DNA from: Camelus ferus
Lineage: Eukaryota
Reading direction: 5' to 3'
Assembly (NCBI RefSeq): GCF_009834535.1
Contig: NC_045697.1
Coordinates: forward strand, 107,014,001-107,078,000
DNA length: 64,000 nt
The notes below the pieces were generated by a model, which was not told where the DNA came from, did not search any database, and saw only the letters and a program-made list of their open reading frames with translations. Below, one piece after another: positions 33,701-45,771 of the stretch. The position numbers and the translations under genes are program-made. Numbering within the stretch: the stretch's first letter is position 1; every line of letters starts with the position of its first letter.

Positions 33701-36320
33701 TTTCAAAATGTCCTGTCTCCTTAGTTAAATCAACTATAAATTAAAGTGGGAAGTCATAAAATAGTATAAACTGACATACTATCCTCAGTTTACTATATCT
33801 ACTTTAATTATTCAAATTCAACATTGAAGCAAAGTATTAATCCATGATAAATTCTATGATTTCAATTGCTTTTTGATATTAACTGTTTCATTTTGCATAC
33901 TTGACTCTTAATATATTTTTATTAGCTCCCTTATTGTCACTAAGTTAGAATTAAAAAAAGCATTTCATAATTAACACAAAATTAAAATTGAATGTCAACT
34001 ACAATATATTCTAATTCATAAAACATTAAAAAATTAAGCTCTTTGCTTAACTAAAGTATTAGCATAAATTAACGCTGACACTAAACAATACCATACTATA
34101 ATTTATGTGCTGAGTTCCAAAACTGACTAATAGCTCCTTGTTATTTAAAATAAAAAATATAGATATAAAGTATAATTAGAGCTTTTCTATTTTTTCAAAA
34201 AATGTTATATTAAAGATAACATATCTCCTTAACTGGAAGCATCTATTACACATTTGGTTACTTTTAAAAAATTTATATTTTAGATTTAAATTTATATTAT
34301 TAATGTTTCAGTGCTTTAAATATTAATCATTATAAAACTAGTATAAAATATTACCAAATAGAAGGGAATTACATAAAATGCTTAACTTTTCTTCTCTCCC
34401 TCAATTGAGAATGTACAATAGAGCACAGACAATATTAATATTACATTAAGTTTTCAATTACTATTTTGAGTAGAGTGAAATCTGCTTCTACACAGGATTT
34501 AAAGTCTTAAATGACAGTAAGCATTGCTAATATTGTCTTCAAAAATCAGACTCTCCATATTAAAAAGTTAAATGATAATGTTATTTTAAAAGATAAAATT
34601 CAACAACAATAAAATTAAAATTCATTATGAAACATCCTATAATTCCCCAAAGTGGCTAAATGTAATATTTTTAATAAAAATGATTTTCATTAAATCTATA
34701 CCACAAATTTTAAATTCAGTTATTGCTATTTCTTTCAGGATAAAGGATTAACAGTTTACGTGCAGTTTTAGAAAACCGGTCCCCCTCTCCAGATATAAAA
34801 GGAAAATCTTTCATAAAAATGTTTTTATTGTCATTCATAGATGTCAGAACTCACAACTCAATGTTCAATGACAGGTAAGAAGACAGAAAGATACTTATTA
34901 AATTTTAAATGCACATGGTAGCATCTGTTTGACTTTTCTGAAAAGAATAAAATTGCAAAAAGGCTGATTATTTTCAATGTAAGGGTCACTAACCAAAAGC
35001 ACAAAAACAACAGGAAGGAAAAGGAAAAAATATATGTATATATAACTCTGGAATCTTTAGTACCACGTGAAAAGTACATGAACCTTAAAAGCAAAAGTGG
35101 CCTAATTAATTCTACATCTTATTCCTCCTTCTCCACCTCCTGTAGCTGAAAATGTAGGGCCCTGCAAGTATTACTGCTTTTAGATTACTTTGTTATTGAC
35201 TATTCTCTGTATGATCATTTATTTTAAAGGACTGATGTCACATTTGGTGTTATATCTGATGACATATTGTGGACATTTTCTTCCAGAAATGGCTCTTTAG
35301 GGCTGAGTGCAAGAGGTTAAGCTGCCTGACTGAGGCCAAACCTAAGATCACAGACTTTTCATCTAAATTCTTGATATCCTTATTGAATGTAATTTAACAT
35401 TTACTTTGTATACTGCATCCTATCCTTTAACCATAAGCTACTGTAGTTTAAACTAATACCCTGAAAAGGGTAAATTAAAACCATTTCTACCTTACAAAAA
35501 TAACCAATTTATATTTTACAAACCCCCCAAAAAATTTATGTGGGGAGGGTACATTTTCCCCCTTAATCAATGTATCTAATTGGCTTTCAAAAACTACAAA
35601 ATATAAAGTGAAACCCTATGATCAAAGGGAGTATTATTATCAAGTCCAAAGGAATTCTTTAGTTTTTCCAATTTGCTCATCAGGCTTCTACCTAAACTGA
35701 ATCATGGTGATATGCATTATATCAAAGAAGGAAAAATGTTTTGTTAAGCTCTCATAACAAGATGATGCAGAACAGAACATATGAAAATAATGTCTCTTCT
35801 CTTTTTTCCAGGAGCCATCTATCAAAACCATCTACAAATCAAGGCTCAGAAAGTATCTGGGCACTTGGACATTTATTACCATCTCTCCCACTTTATAATC
35901 TCATACTAAAATACCATGGTTGAGGGAAACCCATATACACACAACAGAACCTACAAACATATTTGGATTGTAAATGCTGTCTTTCTGATATTCATGGATT
36001 TAAGACAGACATCCTGTATTAATTTACTCAAAGCTGAAATGTGTCACTTAAAAGGAGAAATATTTTATTCTCCTACTCTGAAACAAAGGGTCTATGTTAA
36101 GTGTTTTGCATGTGTAACATAATAAATAAACACACTTGACGCCGTAATTCAATAATAGCCTATACTAACTATAAAAAAATTTAACTTCTCTTTCTGGGGT
36201 GAGTAACTGTGAAATGTGGTATTGGACCATTTTTACAGTACCTTGTAGTAATGAAGTTATGCTCTTCATTACCAAGTACTGTACCTGCTGCTATGGGCAA
36301 GGAGGGGTTTATACACTGAC

Positions 36321-36445
36321 CATGTTCCACGGCTGTTTTTAGTGTCGCTTCAGGATGTGTCGATCCTAGAGGGTTACGCACAAATCGTCGCCGGCGCCGC
36401 AAGTCATCTTCCCAGTAGTCGAGGCGCCAGAACTCACGAGGACGA
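36321..36445 (-). CDS. LRBA: LRBA internal coding exon, 125 nt, phase 2 to 1: (S)[41 protein letters not shown] (end of DUF1088 region)
   Basis: Minus-strand acceptor ttctctgtttcattgtag| and donor CATG|gtcagt; peptide is the [28 protein letters not shown] block with the LRBA-type [17 protein letters not shown]. Confidence 0.96.
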
Positions 36446-39400
36446 CTACAATGAAACAGAGAAGCCACATATGTTAGCAATTATCAAACAGCGTGGTAGC
36501 ACTGAATTTCTGCATAAAGCTCTCCTTGTTTGCTCTGCCTTTTTTTTCCTCCCTTTCCTCTTAATTTTCCCTCCACCTCACACTCCCCTTTCTGCAATCT
36601 TTAACTTAGGTATGTCCTTGAAAATAACAATATCACCTTCCAGCCTAAGGAACTCCTTTTCCTTTTTCTTGGAAGGTGAAATGAGCACTAAATACATCAT
36701 TTTGAAATGAATTGCTGACAGTGTGATCAGTTTCCCCACACTCTAGTGGCATGTGCTCTGATTTCAGCCTCATTTCAGCCTCAGCAGGGCACCTTTCTCT
36801 GTGGCTGCATTTATAAACCAGAATAGGGAAAAGGCTATTATAAATATGGTATAGCATTACCTATATTAATCAAAGTCTGTCCCCCTTCATTTTTCTTCCT
36901 AATTTGTGCCTTTTTGCACAAGGTCAGTAAATCATACCATGAATTCTTGGTCCAGAAAGTGTTAACTTTAATGAATATCTCAGTTACATGGTTATGTATG
37001 TGATAATAAAATATTACTCTGTTTAGATGTGCAGGAATTTAATTAAAATAATCTCTTAAAATATTCATTACATTAAGCCCCTGAGGCTTAGAACAACACA
37101 AGAAAATGCATTTCTTTTCCATTTACTGTTTTTAAATAAACCATTCCTATAGAGTGAAATAGCAATCTTTTTTCAAGCAAATCAGATTGGATTTCTGTTT
37201 TATGTAGTCTGTTTTTATATTTAATTAAAAACTACATGCTATATGATGTGCAATAATTGCTATATCAAAAGCATACTTTTGGAAATGTATTTTTTAAGGG
37301 TTCACTCAATTGAAGTTCTACTATATTTTCCCCAATTATGTAGATCCTTTACATGGCAATATATAAATGTCAGCTTCCTCTCCTATTAACTAATCATGAT
37401 CTAGCATGCTGGAAAATATTTTATAAGGAAAATACTAATCTGAAGTTTTTCCAGTTAAAGTGGAAAAAAAATCTATGCAGGATACATTTATTCACTAAAG
37501 ACACACAGCATGAAAATCTGTAAGTTTCAATAAAGAAATTTAAAAATTCATAATCAAAACTCCTGCAAAAAATGACTAATGCAAAATAAAATCTCACTTG
37601 TATTTCATGAGCTAATAAAATTGTACCTGTCAGCTTTGACAAATTAGTAGTCTTGACCAACTGACAGCCCCAAAATACCCACATAAAAGTTATCCATATT
37701 TTGATGCTTTAAAGATGCTACCTTTAAAAATTCAAAATAGATTCGTAAATAAGTACTCCACTGATTAAAAATTATCTCAGATTAATAAAAGCATAGATAA
37801 CAAACAGTGAATTACTTAAAGAAAATAATTTTTTAAAAACAGAGACCCTACATTCTTTTCTGAGAATGCCAAGGAGACAAGAGAATATCAAAGATTTCCT
37901 TTGTTGATTTTGATCATGCATAACGAGGAGAAAATACAAAGTAATCTAAATGGAATACAAAAAAGTATAAGAACTGCAGTCCTCAAAGAGAAAAAAAATA
38001 GAAAGCTCTTTTATTCTTCTTTGTTATTTTGCTGTTTCCATTTTAAATGAAAACTAATATTATGATATCATTTAAAAATACATAAGAAATACCTAAGAAT
38101 ATACACATAAACAAAAGAAAATAGCTTTTAACTCAATAAAATAAAATTCTCCTTAGGTGAGAGAGGGGAAGTGGCACACAGCTGGCTATGTGTATGGCTT
38201 TGATAGTCATGGAGCTTGGAAAGGCACTTCATCATTCTGCCTACTTACATTTATCTGTTAAAATTATTATCAAATATCAGCCAGGATGCAGTCGTGAATC
38301 ACAGGCTGCTTGTCGTCTTCAGGGGAATGATACAATGAGGGTCTATTCATCAGTGCGGCAATCGGCACAAGTAATTAGTTCCCTAGCCCGAGAGCTCCTA
38401 CAAAGCCTATTTCAGTCAGCACCACAAACATATGACGGTGTACAGCTAATGAAAGCTGCTAAAATTTGTTAACCTTTTCTGCCATCAATCCTTCTAATAC
38501 TCTATGCTTTGGTATTATGCAAAGGTGGTAAATTATTAATTTGTCAGGCATCCATCCTTCTAAATTTTGAGTCAAATTAAACGATGTCATTCTTCTTGAT
38601 AACAATTAAAATTATAAGAGATGTTAAGCTGCTATTATAAAATTACTACAAAATTAGATAACAATAGATGCTACTATATTGCACAGCAGTGACGTTGAAT
38701 CTGACGGCTATTAAAGCGTGTGTGCAATAATTTGTGTCACACAGTAGGAAAAGCAGAGAAGTTATAATATCATTCACAAATTTTCAAAGACAATGTCTAT
38801 AAGAAGAATAATCAAAATTAAGAGGAAAGAGAACTGTAATATTTATTTTTATGCTCTCTGACACTAACAAGTAAGAGTCATAATGGTGACATTTGGGTGA
38901 AAGAAAAGCACTGATACATTAGGAACTGGGAATTTGTTCACACAGCATAAAAATTTTGATCTAAGTTTCACTTAACCTAATTATACACTTCTGTCTTCAA
39001 ATGCAAATATTCTACGAAAAATTAAAATACTCAGATACAATCCAAATAAAATGAAGAAATCTTTACCTCAGCATGTTAATCTCAATACTATCCTAAGCTA
39101 TATCTCAGACTATCTTCTCAATAGGAATTGTCTACCTCCTGTCACAATTTAAAATAGTCTGAAGACAAAGTAAAATCACTCTTTTCAGATCACAGATCTA
39201 GAATGGATTAGAAAAATCAACTAGAGAGACCAACAACTGCAATACAGTTTTTGGAAGTCTCTCCAAGTGATGTCGTGTACAAACCTTCAAGGAACTTAAC
39301 TCAAAATGGAATAGCTATTAGCCTCATTTGAAAAAGTAGCATTTATCATCCAATTCTGATGGTGGGAGTAACACATGTTCTTTGAAAAAAGAGTCATACT

Positions 39401-40770
39401 CATTTTTTTCAGATGAGGGTAATTACTAGCATGTTTAAAGTCATTTACATAGTAAAAGACCAGGACCTAAAAAAGCAATGTTTTCTCCCAACTGCGCTCC
39501 TTCCAACAACATACACTCAGTATAAAGCTCTATCATTGAAAAAATGAGGCACACTTTGTCATTTAGAACAGTACTAGAGAGGGGAATGTGTAGGTTTAAA
39601 TGATCAGCTTGCTATAAGTTTTGATTATTCACACAAAGATTTCACTCTTACTTAGGAAATACTGCCACACCCTCCCCAAAAGCCCCTTCTAGGGGAAAAA
39701 AGGTAAAAAAACTAGAAAATCTGGGAAATCGATCCAACTCTATTCCCATAAATTTATGAATTAATTAAATAAACTATTGTATATTTTTAGAGTTATCACC
39801 ATGGTATGGCTAGAAAAATTCAAAAGACTTCATGTATTCATAAGCATCAGTTACTGACCAAACACATGTGTGGATAAGATAAGAAATCACCTATTCCGAG
39901 ACCTTGGAAGTATTATCTAAATCACTTTATACCTGTACATCTATGTATCTGCATCTATCAAAAAATTACATTAATACTACATGACACCACATTCACAAAC
40001 TTCATCCATTTCTGCTAAAAATTAAAACTAAGACCCCAAAAGGATTCAAATTTAAGATGTAAGCCCAGGCTCAGTAAGATCTGGAAACAAAGCATAAGCA
40101 TAAGTCATCTAATTATCTTTCTACTTTTAAAAAAACCTTCACATTTATGTGTTTTTATACACAAAATTTTAACGTACTGCTACAATCAACATAAAATAAT
40201 ACAAAACAATGCCATTTTTATATACAGAATATTTACTTTCTGTTCTACAAGAACAAAATTAGACAGACTGCTGAAATAAATCTTGGAATGAAATACAACT
40301 CAAGCATCAGGAGATAGGCTATTTGTTCCCTTCCTAGACCCACCGTGGTTAGTCATTCGATCTGGTAAAACAAGTAAGAATGGGCCAAATAAGAATCAGT
40401 TGAAAAAGGTAGACGTACTAAGCTTCAATCCACATTCTTCCTCTAATAGTCGAATGGTTCAACTATAAACAGTGTATTATTTTCCACATGTAAATTATAA
40501 GACTTTTTAAAGCTTAGTTTTCCTCGGAGAAAGTATGGCAATCCAATTAGCTAGTTAACAGTGTTTGAATGGATGAATATTGAAATAGACTCCTCAAATA
40601 TTTTCTAATAATAACGATTGACTCTACCTTGAGCCAGCTGCTTAGGAATACAAGGATTATTAAGATATTATCTCTGACCACAGGAGAAGACACATGTGAA
40701 GACAATTAATAAAAATCCCCAAAAACATGTGTGATAGAACAGAGCTCTATTAAATGGCTATTAAACTGCC

Positions 40771-40830
40771 CAACTTCAAGGAGCATTGTTCACATCAAAA
40801 TTTGTGTGAATGGCACTGCTGGAGTTGTAC
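40771..40830. mobile_element. Imperfect palindrome resembling a hAT MITE core (MER91-like)
   Basis: CAACTTCAAG...TTCACA-loop-TGTGAATGGC...CTGGAGTTG. Confidence 0.45.
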
Positions 40831-43029
40831 AATGCTCACTTGGCATTGCTATATAAACACCCCATGAGAACGACAGGGTGCTATGAGAACGCTCTGTCTT
40901 TCCCCCTCTCCACACAACACTCAGACTCTTTCTCTCTCAGAATTTAATCTTCAGAATAGGGAACAGAAGAAGGCCCTTCAGGTGCTGTCAGTAGCAGGGA
41001 CACAGTTAGTGTTCCTGATGGTGGAAAAGGTGTTCAGACCAGGAATAGGTATGGTTGTCAAAAAAACAGGCAAAATTCAATATGCAGAATAAAATAATCA
41101 AGAACAAAAAAGAAACAGTAACATTTATTTCACTAAACTCATTAAATTCATACTGCTTTATTAAGGTATATTATTTTTTGCTATCACTCTATTAAAGTAG
41201 AACAATGTTAATTACTGAAATGAGTGGTAGCTATATAAGTATTCCAATTATTATATAACCTAAATGTATTGACACTTATTATTCAAATTAGTCAGATATA
41301 TGCATTTTGTCGTCCCACTGGTTTTGGTGTTATTTTAATGTAACTTGGATCTATATCAATAAAAGAATGTTAGTTCTAAGAAGAAAAACTGTCACAATGC
41401 AATTATATTGGAAAAATTTCCCATTTTCCATCTTTCCTACTTTCTTATGACAATACCTAATAAATCTTGATGACCTAAACAGAAGTCAGTAATACATTCT
41501 TCTGGCTAGAAAAAAGTTCTAAATCCTAGGAAATTTTAGTACTTCATATTTTGTTCTTATATTACCTGTTTTTCTAACTCCTATATCTAGCTAGCTTCTA
41601 TTTCTATAGTTTTAAATTAAAAATTCATGCTAGACATTAGCTACAACGTAAATAAATGGTATCCTCTAAAAAGAAGTAAACATTTTCAGTGTACTGTCTG
41701 CTAAAAGATAAAAGTGCTTAAGTTCTATAAGGGTTTTACTTGCTGCATAAATCTTGAAATAATGTGTAGGTGAAATAATGTGCAGGTACTACAGGGTATT
41801 ATACAATATAAAAGAACGCTTTATCTCACAAACTGGAGTCTACCGTGCCTTCATGCAGATAGACAGGAATAATATTAAATAAAACCTCTGTTTACCAAGT
41901 ACCAACTATAAATCAAATGCAGGTGATCTATGCACTGTGCTGTCTTAATGAAAAAAAAGAAAAAAAAATCCTTCAATTGTATGGATTCCAGCAGAGGAGA
42001 AAGCTTCCAAAGCAGAATGTTTTCTTTATTGAGGACTGACATAGGGATTTTACATCATGCTGAGTCACTGGAGTATCGTATGTATTATTTAATTATGTAA
42101 AATTATATTTCTGTAGTTAAGAACTTCTGCATGGTACTATTCAGTGTATTTCTCTACTTGCTTTTACAGACATCTAGATATCCAGCTTCATTCAATTGGT
42201 TATCACTTTGGGTATTTTCAAAAATAGAACTTTTCAATAGTCAATTATCAAAGAAATAATCAAGCTTTTCTTAGCTGTTGTTAGCTTGTTAACCATTTCT
42301 TTATTCACTTAGCATTTTTACCAGGAGTAAGTTATGAGAAAATCAGTATCTAGTGTTAACTGCACTACCAGTTGAAACTCTAATAATAGAAAACTGGAAA
42401 ACAATTAAAATAAATGATATTGTTGGATACTAGAAGCCCTAAAACTCATCTCAGTAGCCACAGCATTTGGACAAACTTGTTCTATTTTCCCCAAAAATCT
42501 AATTTAAAAAAAAATTCACCAAATACTTGTTGAGTCCCAACTATGTACCAGACCTTGGTCCATACAAATGAACTATGTTGGGTTCAGCCTAGAATATTTC
42601 TATGTTATAATCAGGATAAGAAAATTATCAAATATCAAATATTATACAACTTTAAAATAGACAGCATTTATTACATTAGGTTACTGTGTTAGACATTCTC
42701 CTTTAATACACATTATCACCAACACTCACAACAACCCCACCACAATTAAATACTGTTATTTGCATTTTAAAGATGAAGAAACTAAGTCTTACCCACTGGT
42801 AGTAAATAGTAAGAGTCTATGTACTTCAAAGCCAATGAGCTTTTCACGTGACATTTCCTCTAGAAACTCTTTTGGATACTATTATAGCTATGATCAAAGT
42901 ACTAATTAACCCTGCCTGGGAGGATTGAAGATTTCATTAAGCTTTCAAGAGGATCTATTTTTGTAAGTTCCACGAGGACAACGGTTTGTGTCTGTAATTC
43001 ACTGACCAAGCACAGTAACTGAAACAAAG

Positions 43030-44070
43030 CAGGTACTTAATAAATAATCAATTAAAGAATGAACAAGACGACTTTTTAGAAGAAATTTAATTGACAGACA
43101 GGAGTCTGCTAGACAAAATGGAAAAGGCATCACAAGCAGAAGAAATAGCATGGACAAAGGCATGGAGACATAAAAATGCATTTCTATCTAAAGAAGTTCG
43201 TCTGGGTAAGAAACATCATTTCAAGACAGCCTCAGAGTGGCAAAAGCTAAAGGAGGAAACAGATTAAGAATCAAGATTTCAAAAGTCCCAGCAGAGTTAT
43301 CTAAAGTGGTTACCTTTGCCTATTACAGTAACAGAGAGACAACTAAACTTTCTTAATGCAGGAACCAGCCTTGTATGTTACATGGCAGCAAGACAAAATA
43401 TGGAGTGGGGATGGAGTGTAGAGGCCAAGACATCAGAGACATATCTGAAGTGGAACAGATAAGATCTGATGAGACAGTCAACATGAGAGGTGAGAGAAAA
43501 GGAGATAATGAGAATAAAACTGAAGTTTGTGACCCAAAAACCAGCAGTGAGGGGATAAAGATGCTATTTCACTGAAATAATGCAGGTTAAGTAGATATGG
43601 CTGGGGAGAATTACCATGTCCTGGATACCTAATAATTTCTAGGTGGGTATGTCTAATAAGTAAGCAATATAACTTGGGAACTCAAAAAAGCAGCCTGGGT
43701 TTGAGATACAAAATTGGGAGACTGATCAGCCTTGCAAGTCAGTGGAATTAGATAATCGTCTAACAAATATTTATTAAGTGCTTACGAAAAAAGCTAAGTT
43801 TTATGCTAGATCCAGAGAAAAATATATTGAAAGGACAGGAAAAAGTGAAAATAAAATCTGGGAAATAACCATATTTTAAAAAGATATACAAAAGAGGGAA
43901 GAAATAGAGAAGAAAGTAACTGCTTACAATCAGTAAGATAGTAGAAGAACCAAAATAGAATGGTGCCCAAAAAGAGAAAGAAGCAAAAACTCTTCAAAGC
44001 AGTGAGTGAGTGGGGAGCAGGATTTAATTCTGCATAAAAATGTCAAGGATGAAGAATGAAGAGATGCTTT
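43030..44070. mobile_element. Degraded L2 LINE fragments
   Basis: Purine-rich, L2-like text (GAAAAGGCATCACAAGCAGAAGAAATAGCATGGACAAAGGCATGGAG; GAACCAAAATAGAATGGTGCCCAAAAAG). Confidence 0.6.
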
Positions 44071-44693
44071 TTATGTTTTAAATTATGTTTTATGATACAT
44101 AACTTATATACCATTAAGTTCACCTGTTTAAAGTGTACAGTTCAATGGTTTTTAGTATATATACAAAGTTTTGCAACCATCACAATAATCTAATTTTAAA
44201 ATATGTTTTTCCCTCCCAAAAGAAATCCCATACCCACTCCCAGTCACTCTGTATTCTCCCTTCCACGGGAGTGGGTATGTACAGGATTTCACAGTATACA
44301 AATTAGAAGGTTAGGTGAATGTGTCTGCTTTGGCCTGGAGCTTCTGAAGTTTGGAACAATCGTAAAACAAGTCAAACTGTAAGTGACTGGTAAAAGGCAT
44401 TTTTATTAATATTAGAACTTTTCGGAGAGCTTAAAAGACTATGAGAATGCATTTTTTTTCCTTTGACATTTCTATTATCTCTAAGGTTACCAAAGACCTG
44501 AGTCAAAATGATCTTTTAAGAGAGATTCTTTAAAATCAAACTTAAAACTAATTCATACTATAAAATATATAGCAGCTTAAGTTTTAGAGTAATTTATATT
44601 AAAAACTACCAGTCTAAAATTTCTCAATATGACATAAAAATATTTTGACTTCATTTCTCTTAAAGTATTTAAAGCTAATCATCTTAGCTCTAC

Positions 44694-44867
44694 CATGTAC
44701 TATGCACAGGGAACTATATTCAACATCTTGTAATAACCTATAATGGAAAACAACCTGAAAAACGGACAAATGTATAGATATAGATACATAACTGAATCAC
44801 TCTGCTGTACACCTGAAACTAACACAACTACACTAAGTGTAAATCAACTACACTCAAATAAAAAAAA
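44694..44867 (+). mobile_element. Cetartiodactyl-type L1 3' end with A tail
   Basis: GCACAGGGAACTATATTCAA...TGTAATAACCTATAATGGAAAA...ACTGAATCACTCTGCTGTACACCTGAAACTAACACAAC...GTAAATCAACTA...AATAAAAAAAAA. Confidence 0.8.
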
Positions 44868-45087
44868 ATTTAAATCCCTTTAACAGCCCCTGGCAATGAT
44901 TAGGTCACTATCTTTCTCTACAGATTTATCTATTCTGGATATTTTACATAAATGGAATCATACAGTATGTAGAATTTTGTGACTGGCTTCTTTCACTTAG
45001 CATGTTTTTGAGGTTCATCCATGTTGTAGCATCTAACACTATTACATTCATTTTCATTGTTGAAAAATATTTCATTGTATCGATATA

Positions 45088-45366
45088 CAAATGACCTCTG
45101 AACAACACAGATTTGGACTACATGAGTCCACGTATATGCAGACTTTCTTCAATAAATACAGCGCTAAATAATTCCTTGGTTGGGTGAATCTGCAAATGCT
45201 GACCCAGGGATATGGAGAGTGGACCATGGAACTTGAGCATCTTCGGAGTTCAGTATCCAGCACAGGCCCTGGAACCAATTCCCTATAGACAGCAAGAGAT
45301 TTTCAATTGGGTTGGGGGGGTTGTTGCATCAGCACCTCTAACCCCCTCAAGTTCAAGGGTCAACTA
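45088..45366. mobile_element. TcMar-Tigger derived MITE (MER2/Tigger2-like)
   Basis: TIR-like ends CAAATGACCTCTGAAC and GTTCAAGGGTCAACTA flanked by TA at 45086-45087 and 45367-45368. Confidence 0.8.
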
Positions 45367-45721
45367 TATTGCATTTTTGTTTATCCATTCATCAGTTCAT
45401 GGACATCTGAACTGTTTCCACTTAAGGGGGATCTTCGGGTTTCATAATTACAAAATTTAAGGACGCACTCGGTTACTCATCTAACAGTCACTTCTCTCCT
45501 TTTTCCCTATGATTGCAATTTTCCTAATTACTCTTTCCTAAAACTTATAATTTTGAACACTGTAATATCTATCACTTCTTAAATGCTTCAGTGACTTATA
45601 GAAAACCGATTCTAAGCCAATTATGTTAATCCTGTCATTCTTTCAGTGATTGGTTTCAGAATCTAGCTTTGAGCCAAATGTGGCTTAAATTTTGCCTGGC
45701 AATTACTTTTTCACCAATCTG

Positions 45722-45771
45722 AAATGCAAAACTCTTGTTCAGTAGTAAATGCAAAACTCTTGTTCAGTAGT
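45722..45771. repeat. Perfect 25-bp tandem duplication
   Basis: AAATGCAAAACTCTTGTTCAGTAGT at 45722-45746 and 45747-45771. Confidence 0.95.

Larger units (their letters stand above)
44075..45425 (-). mobile_element. L1MB-like 3' end, interrupted by an L1-tailed insertion (about 44266-44873) and a Tigger-type MITE
   Basis: TTTAAAGTGTACAGTTCAATGGTTTTTAGTAT...; resumes CAGCCCCTGGCAA...AAATGGAATCATACAGTATGT...GGCTTCTTTCACTTAGCAT; resumes again TTTATCCATTCATCAGTTCATGGACAT. Confidence 0.75.

Noticed and set aside
34895..34920. Minus-strand CATGTGCATTTAAAATT as an alternative match to the human VCIFK exon
   Set aside because: Similarity stops after a few codons and there are no splice-site-like flanks; 34386-34417 fits over its whole length.
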